Assembly: GCA_964354255.1 (NCBI GenBank)
Contig: CAYGYX010000002.1
Span: 8,697-72,696, forward strand
Length of the DNA: 64,000 bases
Direction: 5' to 3'
Source of the DNA: an uncultured Acidimicrobiia bacterium
GTDB taxonomy: Bacteria; Actinomycetota; Acidimicrobiia; Spongiisociales; UBA11373
Both the position numbers and the translations under genes were made by a program. How positions within the stretch are numbered: the first letter of the stretch is position 1; each line of letters starts with the position of its first letter. Under the pieces are notes generated by a model. It had not been told where the DNA came from, ran no database searches, and was given only the letters and a program-made list of their open reading frames with translations. Of the stretch, positions 28,049 through 36,905 are shown one piece after another.

Positions 28049-28719
28049 ACCTCCCCTTCTACGTTCCCCCCGAACAGCTGATGAAGGACCGGGCGGAATA
28101 CGCCCGCAAGGGAATCGCCCGGGGCAAATCGATAGCGGCCGTGGCCTACGCCGACGGCATCCTGCTACTCGCCGAGAACCCGAGCGGCACGCTCCACAAG
28201 ATCGGGGAGATCTACGACCGCATCGCCTTCGCCGGGGTAGGGAAGTACACCGAGTTCGAGGCGCTGCGCGTGGCCGGCATCCGCCATGCGGACCTCAAGG
28301 GGTACGCCTATGCCCGCCGCGACGTGACGGCCAAGGGACTGGCCAACGCCTACGCACAGGTGCTCGGCCAGATCTTCACCCAGGAGATCAAGCCGTACGA
28401 GGTGGAGATCATGGTGGCCGAGGTCGGGAAGGACAGCGGAGCAGATCTCCTGTTCAAGGTCACCTACGACGGCACCCTCTTCGCCGAGGAGCACTACTCG
28501 GCCATCGGCGGCCAGGAGGAACGGCTGACGGCCTTCCTGCAGGAGCACTTCCGTGCTGGAGCCTCCCTACCCGAGGCGCTGGGCTGGGCAGTGGGCGCCT
28601 TCGAGGCGGCCAGCTCGCAGAGGTTCGAGCCCCAGGAGTGGGAAGCCGCGGTTGTCGACCGCACCCTGGGACGGCGCACCTTCCGGCGTCTCCGGGGCGA
28701 GGAGATGACGCCGGCCTAG
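28045..28719 (+). CDS. prcA: 20S proteasome alpha subunit
   Basis: [29 protein letters not shown], the alpha-subunit N-terminus. ATGA overlap with prcB. Confidence 0.9.
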   Translation: [224 protein letters not shown]

Positions 28720-29081
28720 AGCAGCCGGGCCACCACGAGCCAGAGGGTCAGGACCAGGAGCAGCGCCCCCAGGGCCACCGTCAGCGGGCTCCAGCCGGCC
28801 TTCGGCGGGACCGGGGCCCGTTCCGGCTCGCCGTCCGCCAACTCGAGGTGGCTGATGTCCCCCTCGGCCACGAGGCTGCGAGCATCGTCGAGGCGGCTGA
28901 GGGGCACCCAGACCTGGGTGGCGGCCATCTCCCCGATGGTGAGCCGATAGGGCCCAAGAGACTCGCCCCGCAGGCGCGACTCGATACCCTCGGAGCGCAG
29001 GAGAGCGGCACACAGGTCGGCGGCGGCCGGATCGCTCACCGTGGCCAGCAGGAGGAAGGGCTCGGGGTCGGTCGAGGGCAC
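28716..29081 (-). CDS. DUF2007-like (putative signal-transducing) small membrane protein, antisense within the PPS locus
   Basis: This is the C-terminal 121 aa of antisense track ORF 28716..31091. VPSTDPEPFLLLATVSDPAAADLCAALLRSEGIESRLRGESLGPYRL... ends with a TM helix (WSPLTVALGALLLVLTLWLVVARLL). It has a GTG start at 29081. It fills the otherwise empty 428-bp prcA-pafA gap. The remainder of the 791-aa ORF is antisense to pafA and was rejected. Confidence 0.4.
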   Translation of the reverse strand: MPSTDPEPFLLLATVSDPAAADLCAALLRSEGIESRLRGESLGPYRLTIGEMAATQVWVPLSRLDDARSLVAEGDISHLELADGEPERAPVPPKAGWSPLTVALGALLLVLTLWLVVARLL

Positions 29082-29147
29082 CTCCGGATCGTATCGGCCT
29101 CTGCCTCCTAACCGGCCAACGGCCGAGGCCGGGGTACCCTGCCCGGC

Positions 29148-30503
29148 GTGGAACGGCGCATCGTCGGAATGGAGAACGAGTACGGGGTGACCTGCACCCT
29201 GCGGGGGCAGCGGCGCCTGTCCGCCGATGAGGTGGCCCGCTACCTCTTCCGGCGGGTGGTCTCCTGGGGCCGGTCCTCGAACGTCTTCCTCGAGAACGGG
29301 GCCCGCCTGTACCTGGATGTGGGCAGCCATCCGGAGTACGCCACCCCGGAGTGCGACAGCCTCTACGAGTTGGTGGCCCACGACAAAGCGGGGGAGCGGG
29401 TGCTGGAGGGCCTGTTGCACTCCGCCGAGCGCCGGCTGGAGGAGGAGGGCATCAGGGGCCAGGTGTACCTCTTCAAGAACAACACCGACTCGGCCGGGAA
29501 CTCGTATGGCTGCCACGAGAACTACCTGGTGGCCCGGCAGGGGGACTTCCAGCACATCCTGGACACCCTCATCCCATTCCTGGTCAGCCGGCAGGTGTTC
29601 TGCGGCGCGGGCAAGGTGCTCCAGACCACGCGCGGGCCGGTGTACTGCCTGGCGCAGCGCGCCGAGCACATCTGGGAGGGCGTCTCTTCGGCCACTACCC
29701 GCAGCCGTCCGATCATCAACACCCGCGACGAGCCTCATGCCGATGCCGAGCGCTACCGGCGGCTGCACGTCATCGCCGGCGATTCCAACATGAGCGAGTA
29801 CGCCACCTACGCCAAGGTGGGGAGCACCCTGGCCCTGCTGCAGATGCTGGAGGAGGGGGTGGTGTTCCGCGACCTCGGCTTGGAGAACCCGATCCGGGCG
29901 CTGCGCGAGATCAGCCGCGACGTCACCTGCCGGCGCAGGGTGCGGCTGGCGAACGGCCGGGAGCTCTCCGCCCTGGACATCCAATGGGAGTACCTGGAGC
30001 GGGTGCTCCGCTACTCGCGGGCGCATTCCTTCCCGGCGCAGGTCGAGGCCGCGGTCGCGATGTGGGAGCACTTGCTCACCGGCCTGGAGAAGGACCCGCT
30101 CTCTCTGCGGCGCGAGTGCGACTGGGTCGCCAAGTACCACCTCGTGGAAGACTACCGAGCGCATCGCGACCTCGACCTGGGGGACCCGCGGGTCTCCTTG
30201 CTCGATCTCACCTACCACGACGTCAGCCGGGAGCGCGGCCTCTACTACATCCTGCAACGGCGCGGAATGGTGGACCGGGTGGTCACCGACGAAGACGTGG
30301 CGCGGGCCCTGCTCGACCCGCCCCAGACGACCCGCGCCCGCCTGCGTGGAGAGTTCATCAAGGCGGCCAAGGCGCGCCAGCGTGATATCACCGTCGACTG
30401 GGTGCACCTGAAGGTGAACGACCAGGCACAGCGCACGGTGCTGCTCAAGGATCCCTTTCGCGCCTTCGACGACCGCGTCGACCGTCTCATCGCCGGGCTC
30501 TGA
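29148..30503 (+). CDS. pafA: Pup-protein ligase PafA
   Basis: [31 protein letters not shown]. At 451 aa it has no Dop loop, and it sits downstream of prcA. Confidence 0.9.
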   Translation: MERRIVGMENEYGVTCTLRGQRRLSADEVARYLFRRVVSWGRSSNVFLENGARLYLDVGSHPEYATPECDSLYELVAHDKAGERVLEGLLHSAERRLEEEGIRGQVYLFKNNTDSAGNSYGCHENYLVARQGDFQHILDTLIPFLVSRQVFCGAGKVLQTTRGPVYCLAQRAEHIWEGVSSATTRSRPIINTRDEPHADAERYRRLHVIAGDSNMSEYATYAKVGSTLALLQMLEEGVVFRDLGLENPIRALREISRDVTCRRRVRLANGRELSALDIQWEYLERVLRYSRAHSFPAQVEAAVAMWEHLLTGLEKDPLSLRRECDWVAKYHLVEDYRAHRDLDLGDPRVSLLDLTYHDVSRERGLYYILQRRGMVDRVVTDEDVARALLDPPQTTRARLRGEFIKAAKARQRDITVDWVHLKVNDQAQRTVLLKDPFRAFDDRVDRLIAGL

Positions 30504-30563
30504 GGGCACCCTGTCCGCCCGACGGCTTCCACCCACGCCCGGGTCCGGATACAGTCGGCGGCG

Positions 30564-31487
30564 ATGCAGCGAGTGATCGAACGGATCCTGAACCTGCTCG
30601 CCTTCCTGCTCACCGTCGGCCGGCCGGTGACCGCCGAGGAGATCCGGCACACCGTGGCCGGCTACGGACAGGAGGGAGACGAGGCCTTCCGGCGCACCTT
30701 CGAACGCGACAAGGACCTGCTGCGCAGCCTGGGCATCCCGCTGCGGCTGGTCTTCACCGACCGCTGGGAGGTGGAACAGGGCTACCTGGTACCCAAGGAT
30801 GAGTATGCCCTGGCGGACCCCGGCCTCACCGACGAGGAACGAGCGGCGCTGGGGCTGGCCGCCCAGGTAGTGCGCATCGGGGGCCTGGCCTCCGAGCCGG
30901 CGGCTCTCTTCAAGCTGGGGGGGGCTCCCCCGGCAGGCTCGGGAGAGCCCGTGGGCGCCGACCTGGGCGCGGCCTCGGCCGACCTGCCGCTGCTCTTCGC
31001 GGCGGCGGCCGAGGCCCGGGAGGTGGCTTTCACCTACCTCGGCAAGGCTCGCCGAGTCCGACCCTACGGCCTGGTCCACCGGCGGGGCCACTGGTACCTG
31101 GTGGGCCCCCCGGCGGGGGAGACGGCGGTGCGAACTTTTCGCGTCGACCGGCTGGAAGCGCTCCGACTCGGCAATCGGCCCCAGGCCTTCTCCCGTCCCG
31201 CCGGTTTCCGAGCGGCGGACGCCATCCCCGAGGCTCCCTGGGAAGGCGGCGAGGAGGAGGTGGAGGTGACGGTCCGCTTCGATCGCGAGGTGGCCTGGTG
31301 GGCGCGGCGGCAGCTGACCGCCGCCGCCGCAGTCGTCGAGGAGCCCGGCGGTTCCCTGGTGGCCCGCCTGCCGGTGCGAGCCGTTGGTGCCTTCATCGGA
31401 TGGATGGTCGGGTTCGAGGATGCCGCCGAGGTGTTGGAGCCGACGGAAGTACGACAGCGCCTGCTAGCCCATGTGGAGGGCCCGTGA
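30564..31487 (+). CDS. pafB: proteasome accessory factor PafB (HTH + WYL domain regulator)
   Basis: N-terminal wHTH (RILNLLAFLLTVGRPVTAEEI) plus a WYL domain (HWYLVGP). Confidence 0.8.
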   Translation: MQRVIERILNLLAFLLTVGRPVTAEEIRHTVAGYGQEGDEAFRRTFERDKDLLRSLGIPLRLVFTDRWEVEQGYLVPKDEYALADPGLTDEERAALGLAAQVVRIGGLASEPAALFKLGGAPPAGSGEPVGADLGAASADLPLLFAAAAEAREVAFTYLGKARRVRPYGLVHRRGHWYLVGPPAGETAVRTFRVDRLEALRLGNRPQAFSRPAGFRAADAIPEAPWEGGEEEVEVTVRFDREVAWWARRQLTAAAAVVEEPGGSLVARLPVRAVGAFIGWMVGFEDAAEVLEPTEVRQRLLAHVEGP

Positions 31488-32416
31488 GCAGCAGCCGGAC
31501 CGCCGATCGTCTCTCCCGCATCCTGGGCATGCTTCCCTGGGTCATCGCCCACCCGGGCGCCCGGGTAGCCGAGGTGTGCGAGCGGTTCGGCTACACGAGG
31601 GCGGAGCTGGCCCGCGACCTCAACCTGGTCTTCGTGTGCGGACTGCCCGGCTACGGCCCCGGGGATCTCATGGTCGCCTACATCGACGGAGATGAGGTAG
31701 TGGTGGACCTGGCCGACTACTTCGCCCGACCGGTGCGACTCGCTCCTGCCGAAGCCCTGCTGTTGCTTGCCGCCGGGATGGCCATGATCTCGACGGGGGA
31801 GGCCCCGGACGCGCTGGTATCGGGTGTCGCCAAGCTGCAGGCAGCCCTCCTGCCCGATGGGCAGCCTCTGGCGGTCGACCTCCCCGCGCCGCCACCGCTG
31901 CTGCGTATGCTCGGAGAGGCCGCGGCCGGGGGCCGGGTGGTCCAGATCACCTACACCTCGCTGGCCACCGGCGAGACCACCCGGCGGGAGGTGGAGCCGT
32001 GGCGGGTGTTCTCGGCGCTCGGCAACTGGTATCTGACCGGGTGGTGCCGCCTGGCCGGGGATGAGCGCCTGTTCCGGGTCGATCGCATCCGAGAAGCGGC
32101 TCTTACCGGCGGGGATTTCGCGCCACCCGCCACACTCCCCCCGGCCGAGGTGCGCTTCGTGCCTCGGGCGGAGGACGTACAGGCTTTGATACGCCTGGGG
32201 GCCGCAGCCGGGTGGGTGGCCGAGTACTACCCGGTGGAAGTCGTGTCGCAGGACGACGCGGGCACCGTGGTCAGGTTCACCGCCTCGGACCCGTCCGTCG
32301 GCGCCCGTCTGCTGGTGCGTTTGGGCGGCGATGCCGAGTTGCTGGAGGGCGAACAGGTGGCGGCGGCCGCCGCCGACCTGCGGGCCCGGATCAGGCGCCG
32401 CTACGAGGCGACGTAG
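31484..32416 (+). CDS. pafC: proteasome accessory factor PafC (HTH + WYL)
   Basis: The GTG start at 31484 overlaps the pafB TGA. Carries wHTH (DRLSRILGMLPWVIAHPG) and WYL (NWYLTGWC). The track ORF start at 31298 was rejected. Confidence 0.8.
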   Translation: MSSSRTADRLSRILGMLPWVIAHPGARVAEVCERFGYTRAELARDLNLVFVCGLPGYGPGDLMVAYIDGDEVVVDLADYFARPVRLAPAEALLLLAAGMAMISTGEAPDALVSGVAKLQAALLPDGQPLAVDLPAPPPLLRMLGEAAAGGRVVQITYTSLATGETTRREVEPWRVFSALGNWYLTGWCRLAGDERLFRVDRIREAALTGGDFAPPATLPPAEVRFVPRAEDVQALIRLGAAAGWVAEYYPVEVVSQDDAGTVVRFTASDPSVGARLLVRLGGDAELLEGEQVAAAAADLRARIRRRYEAT

Positions 32417-32515
32417 CCCCCGGTGACTATAAGGGCAATGGTCATTCAGTACCCGTGCAAGCGCTCCGATAAGCCGGTCAGAACCGGTAGCCGCCCGCTC
32501 TGGAGAAGCGCCTCG

Positions 32516-32806
32516 ATGACCACCATCCGCACCTCATGCCCGCTCTGCGGCGACGTGGAACTGGCCCCGGCCGACCTCTCGTTGCGACTGGCCCCCTGCC
32601 GGGGGACTGGCACCTATCACTTCCGGTGCCCTCATTGCGAAGAGGTGCGGCAGCGCCCCGCCGGTCACCGCGTCGTCAGCATCTTGCTGGCCACCGGCGT
32701 GATGTACGAGGTGGTCGACGAGGAGACCCCGATCACCGAAGGGGAGATTCGGCACTTCGTGGACGGGCTGGCCCGGGACACCTGGCAGGAGCACCTCATC
32801 TCCTGA
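32516..32806 (+). CDS. hypothetical zinc-ribbon protein (CxxC..CxxC)
   Basis: MTTIRTSCPLCGDVE...HFRCPHCEE. It occupies the position held by tatA/tatC in the M. tuberculosis pafC-helY interval. Confidence 0.4.
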   Translation: MTTIRTSCPLCGDVELAPADLSLRLAPCRGTGTYHFRCPHCEEVRQRPAGHRVVSILLATGVMYEVVDEETPITEGEIRHFVDGLARDTWQEHLIS

Positions 32807-32955
32807 GCCCTGCCATCAGACCGAGCGTGAAGAGGGCGGCCCGCGGGCCGCTCTCGGCATGCCGGGCCGGGCGGCAACCCTTCCTACCATGGTCGAGTGC
32901 CTCCACACCGTCTGCGCTCGATCAACCCGCCGCGCACCGCTGAGCAGGCCCGGCC

Positions 32956-35493
32956 ATGAGCGCCGTTGGGTACCTGCAGGGGCTTCCCTTTCGCGCCGAT
33001 CGCTTCCAGGTAGACGCGGCCGAGGCCATCGATCGCGGCGAGACCGTGGTGGTTTCGGCGCCCACCGGGTCGGGCAAGACGGTGGTGGCTGAGGCGGCCA
33101 TCGCCCTGGCCCGGCGGCGCGGGGAGCGAGTGCTCTACACCACCCCCCTCAAGGCGCTGTCGAACCAGAAGTACGCCGATCTGCGCGCCCAGCATGGGCC
33201 GGCCGCCGTCGGTCTCCTCACCGGCGACAACTCCATCAACGGTCGGGCTCCCGTCGTCGTGATGACCACCGAGGTGCTCCGCAACATGATGTACGCCGCC
33301 AGCCCCGACCTGGCCGATGTGGGGATCGTCGTCCTCGACGAGGTCCACTATCTCCAGGACCGGGCGCGCGGGCCGGTTTGGGAGGAGATCATCATCCACC
33401 TTGATCGGGCGATTCGCCTGGTCTGTCTCTCCGCCACGGTGGCCAACGCCGCCGAGTTCGCCGGCTGGGTGGAGGCCCGCCGGGGGCCAACCGCCCTGGT
33501 CGTCGAGGGGGAGCGCCCCATCCCCCTGTCGTCGGAGTACCTGCTGCGCGACCGCTGGGAGGGCGGCCGCCTGCGTCTCCTGCCGGTCTTCGGGGAGGGC
33601 GAGGGGCGCCGGTCCAACCCACGGCTCGTCGCCATGCTGCGCCGGACGGGCGAACTGGAGCATCGCTACGCCGCGCCGCGTCGCACCGAGACCTGCGAGT
33701 TCCTGCATCGGGAGGGGCTGCTCCCTGCGATCTACTTCATCTTCTCCCGGGCGGGTTGCGCCGCGGCCTCCGCCCAGGTAGTCGAGCGCGGCCTTCGGCT
33801 CACCACCCGGGAGGAGGCCGCCGAGATCCGGCGCGCCGCCGCCGAGCGCACCGCCCACCTCTCGCCCGGCGATCTCAAAGTGCTCGGCTACGGCCGCTGG
33901 CTGGCCGGCCTGGAGGCCGGCGTGGCGCCCCACCACGCCGGGCTGGTCCCCGCCTTCAAGGAGACCGTGGAATACCTATTCGCCGCCTGCCTGGTGCGCC
34001 TGGTTTTCGCCACCGAGACCCTGTCGCTCGGCATCAACATGCCCGCCCGCTCCGTGGTCCTCGAGAGCCTGTACAAGTTCAGCGGCGAGCAGCACGAGCT
34101 CCTCCAGCCCGGGGACTACACACAACTGACCGGGCGCGCCGGTCGGCGGGGCATCGACCGGCTGGGCACGGCCATCGTCCTGCACTCGCCCTACCTGCCC
34201 TTCGAGCGCGTCGCCGCCATCGCCGCGGCTGGGGCCCATCCCATGCGCTCCAGCTTCCGGCCCACCTACAACATGGCGGCCAATCTGATGGCCGGCTACC
34301 CGCAGGACCAGGCAGAGCGGCTCCTGAACGCCTCCTTTGCCCAGTTCCACGAGGACCGGCTGGCCGGCGACCTGGTCGCGATGATCGAGGACGAGGAGGC
34401 ACGGCTGGCCGCCGACCGTCAAGCCGCGCACTGCGAGTTGGGAGACACCTGGGACCCCAGTGAGCAGGCCCCTTCCGGGCACGACCAGATAATGAGCGCC
34501 TTCGTCTCCTCAACGGCGGCGGGCGATGTGCTCGCCTGGCCGCTGGAGGGCGGACGCGAGATGCGCCAGGTCGTGGTGGCCCGTGGGCATGGGAAGCGCC
34601 CGCGCCTCCTGACGATCGCCGACGACGGGAGCCTGCATCGGCTGCCTCCCGACAAAGTGCCGGCCGCCGCCGCCGTGGCCGGCAGGCTCGATCTGCCCGA
34701 GCCCTATCGGCCCCGCGAGCCCGACTACCGCCGCGAGGTGGCGGCCCTGCTCCGCCGCTGGCAGGCGGGAGGGACGATCCTTCGGCCGGCCTACGCGTCC
34801 GGGGCGTCCGTCCCCGGCGGCGCGGCCGCCTGCCCCGACCTGGCGGCTCACCTGAGGGCGGTTCGCTCGGCCCATCGGCGGGAAACGCGCCTAGAAGCCC
34901 TCCGCCGACGCCAGCGGGTGAGCGGAGCCGGCATGGTTCCCCGGCTCCGGGCCATAGTGGCGCTACTGCAGGACTGGGGCTACGCCGACGACTGGCGCCT
35001 CACTCCCGGTGGCAGGCGCCTCCGCTTCATCTACAACGAGCTCGACCTGCTCCTGGCCGAGTCGCTGGAGCGGGGGTGCTTCGATGGTCTCGATGGCCCC
35101 GAGACCGCCGCCCTGGCCTCGCTCTTCACCTTCGAGCCGCGAGCCGAGGCAGCCCGGTCCGTCTGGCCCACCCCGCGCTTGCAGGAGCGGGCGGAACGTG
35201 TCGCCGAGCTCGCGACCCGACTCGCCTCCGCCGAGGAGGCCGCCGGGTTGTCCCCGACCCGGGCTCCCGAGGCAGGCTTCGCCACGATCGCCTACCGTTG
35301 GGGTAGCGGCGCCGGGCTGGAGGACCTCTTCGGGGAGGAGGGAGTCGGGGTGGGAGACTTCGTGCGCAACTGCCGGCAGCTGATCGACCTTCTTCGCCAG
35401 CTCAGCGACGCGGCCCCGCGGCTCGCGCCCGTCCTCTCACAGGCCCTCGCCGCCGTGGACCGGGGAGTGGTGGCAGCCTCGGGAGCAGTATGA
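32956..35493 (+). CDS. helY: Ski2-like DExH-box RNA helicase HelY
   Basis: Motif I APTGSGKT, motif II DEVH and SAT (LSATVAN), in 845 aa with a C-terminal DSHCT-like region. Confidence 0.85.
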   Translation: MSAVGYLQGLPFRADRFQVDAAEAIDRGETVVVSAPTGSGKTVVAEAAIALARRRGERVLYTTPLKALSNQKYADLRAQHGPAAVGLLTGDNSINGRAPVVVMTTEVLRNMMYAASPDLADVGIVVLDEVHYLQDRARGPVWEEIIIHLDRAIRLVCLSATVANAAEFAGWVEARRGPTALVVEGERPIPLSSEYLLRDRWEGGRLRLLPVFGEGEGRRSNPRLVAMLRRTGELEHRYAAPRRTETCEFLHREGLLPAIYFIFSRAGCAAASAQVVERGLRLTTREEAAEIRRAAAERTAHLSPGDLKVLGYGRWLAGLEAGVAPHHAGLVPAFKETVEYLFAACLVRLVFATETLSLGINMPARSVVLESLYKFSGEQHELLQPGDYTQLTGRAGRRGIDRLGTAIVLHSPYLPFERVAAIAAAGAHPMRSSFRPTYNMAANLMAGYPQDQAERLLNASFAQFHEDRLAGDLVAMIEDEEARLAADRQAAHCELGDTWDPSEQAPSGHDQIMSAFVSSTAAGDVLAWPLEGGREMRQVVVARGHGKRPRLLTIADDGSLHRLPPDKVPAAAAVAGRLDLPEPYRPREPDYRREVAALLRRWQAGGTILRPAYASGASVPGGAAACPDLAAHLRAVRSAHRRETRLEALRRRQRVSGAGMVPRLRAIVALLQDWGYADDWRLTPGGRRLRFIYNELDLLLAESLERGCFDGLDGPETAALASLFTFEPRAEAARSVWPTPRLQERAERVAELATRLASAEEAAGLSPTRAPEAGFATIAYRWGSGAGLEDLFGEEGVGVGDFVRNCRQLIDLLRQLSDAAPRLAPVLSQALAAVDRGVVAASGAV

Positions 35494-36371
35494 CCTGGTG
35501 GGTGGTGGTCAACCCGGCGGCGGGGACGCACCAGCAGTGGGAGCCGCGGGTGCGCGGCGCGCTTGCGAGCCGCGCGCTGGAAGGGGTGGTCAACGTCTCG
35601 GAGTCGGCCGAGCACCTCCGGGAGCTGGTGGCGGCCGGCGTCGCGGCCGGGGCGACCCGCTTCGTCGCGGCCGGGGGAGACGGGACCATCAGCCTGCTGG
35701 CCGATGCCCTGCTCTCCCATCCTTGGGCGGCGCCGCCGACCCTCGGCATCCTCCCGGCCGGATCGGGGTGCGATTTCATCCGCACCTTCCGCTTCTCCCA
35801 GGTCCTCGAGGAGGCGGCCGACCACCTGGTGGGGGAGCAGACCGTGCCAGTCGACGTCGGAGTGGCCGAGGGCGCCTGGGGCGTCCGCCGCTTCCTGAAC
35901 GTCCTCGACATCGGGGTGATCGCCGCCACGGTGCGCACCGCCGAGGGACCCACCCGACACCTGGGGCGCTTTCGCTACAAGGCGGCTTTCTGGGTCACCC
36001 TGCCGCTGTTCCGCACCACCCGGCTCACCGTGGAGATGGAACGCCGCACCTTCGCGGGCAGGGCCAACACGGTCGTCTTCGCCAACGGGCAGTACTTCGG
36101 CTTCAACATGAATGTGGCTCCCCGGGCCTCTCCGAGTGACGGCCTGCTGGACGTCCAGGTCTTCACCGGGCCCAAGACGAGTGCGCTCTCGCTGCTGCCC
36201 AAGGTGAGCCGCGGCCGCCACCTGGCTCACCCTCTGGTCCACCGGTTCCGTGCGGCCGCGGCGACCGTGGTCACCGAGCGGCCCTGGCCCATCGAGGTGG
36301 ACGGTGACTACCTGGGGGAAACCCCCGTCACGGTGCGGATCGAGCCGCGTGCGCTGCTCCTCAAGGTCTGA
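35490..36371 (+). CDS. diacylglycerol-kinase-family lipid kinase (DAGK_cat, YegS-like)
   Basis: Carries the DAGK_cat GGDGT motif (AAGGDGTISLLADAL). ATGA overlap with helY. Confidence 0.75.
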   Translation: MTWWVVVNPAAGTHQQWEPRVRGALASRALEGVVNVSESAEHLRELVAAGVAAGATRFVAAGGDGTISLLADALLSHPWAAPPTLGILPAGSGCDFIRTFRFSQVLEEAADHLVGEQTVPVDVGVAEGAWGVRRFLNVLDIGVIAATVRTAEGPTRHLGRFRYKAAFWVTLPLFRTTRLTVEMERRTFAGRANTVVFANGQYFGFNMNVAPRASPSDGLLDVQVFTGPKTSALSLLPKVSRGRHLAHPLVHRFRAAAATVVTERPWPIEVDGDYLGETPVTVRIEPRALLLKV

Positions 36372-36427
36372 GCACCCAGGCCCGCCACCCCGACCTATAC
36401 TCCCCGCCGCCCTGGTAGAGGAGCCGC

Positions 36428-36871
36428 ATGGTGCCCCCCCGTACCCCCCCGCCCGAGGACGATCTCGAGGAAGAAGAGCCGGAGGCTGAGGGCTGGCTCG
36501 ACGAGGAAGTCGAGGAACTCGACGAGGAGCCCGAACCCGATTTCGCCGCCGTGGTGGAGGTGGAAGAGGAAGAGGAAGAGGAAGAGGCGTACGAGGAGGG
36601 GGAGGCCGAGGAGGCCGAGGAGGCCGAGGAGGAGGCCCTCGACGAGCTCGAAGCCGAAGAGCTCGACATGCTCACCGAAGACGAGGCAGCGGAGTCGCTG
36701 CCGGTCGATGAGGTAGAGGAGCTGCGTCAGCTGCGCCGGGAGGCGATCGAGCTCGAGTTGGGAGCCGACGGGGCGGGGGAGGGTGAGTTCGTCTGCAGCG
36801 GCTGCTTCCTGGTCAAGCGCATCACTCAGCTCGCCGACAAGCGGAAGAGGCTCTGCCGGGACTGCGTGTGA
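36428..36871 (+). CDS. DUF4193 acidic protein with a C-terminal Cys4 motif
   Basis: Asp/Glu-rich N-terminal 100 aa and then EFVCSGCFLVKRITQLADKRKRLCRDCV. Confidence 0.6.
   Translation: MVPPRTPPPEDDLEEEEPEAEGWLDEEVEELDEEPEPDFAAVVEVEEEEEEEEAYEEGEAEEAEEAEEEALDELEAEELDMLTEDEAAESLPVDEVEELRQLRREAIELELGADGAGEGEFVCSGCFLVKRITQLADKRKRLCRDCV
36563..36637 (+). repeat. in-frame tandem codon repeats (GAAGAG)x4 and (GAGGCCGAG)x3 that encode poly-Glu / Glu-Ala
   Basis: Read directly from the sequence, inside the DUF4193 gene. Confidence 0.6.
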
Positions 36872-36905
36872 GGGTCCTCGGCTCCGCCGCGGCGCAGCCG
36901 CAGAG

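Noticed and set aside
29082-31091. Upstream 670 codons of minus-strand ORF 28716..31091.
   Set aside because: It is antisense to pafA and pafB and junk-like. Only the C-terminal 121 codons, over an otherwise empty intergenic region, look coding. Those were kept as the DUF2007-like gene.
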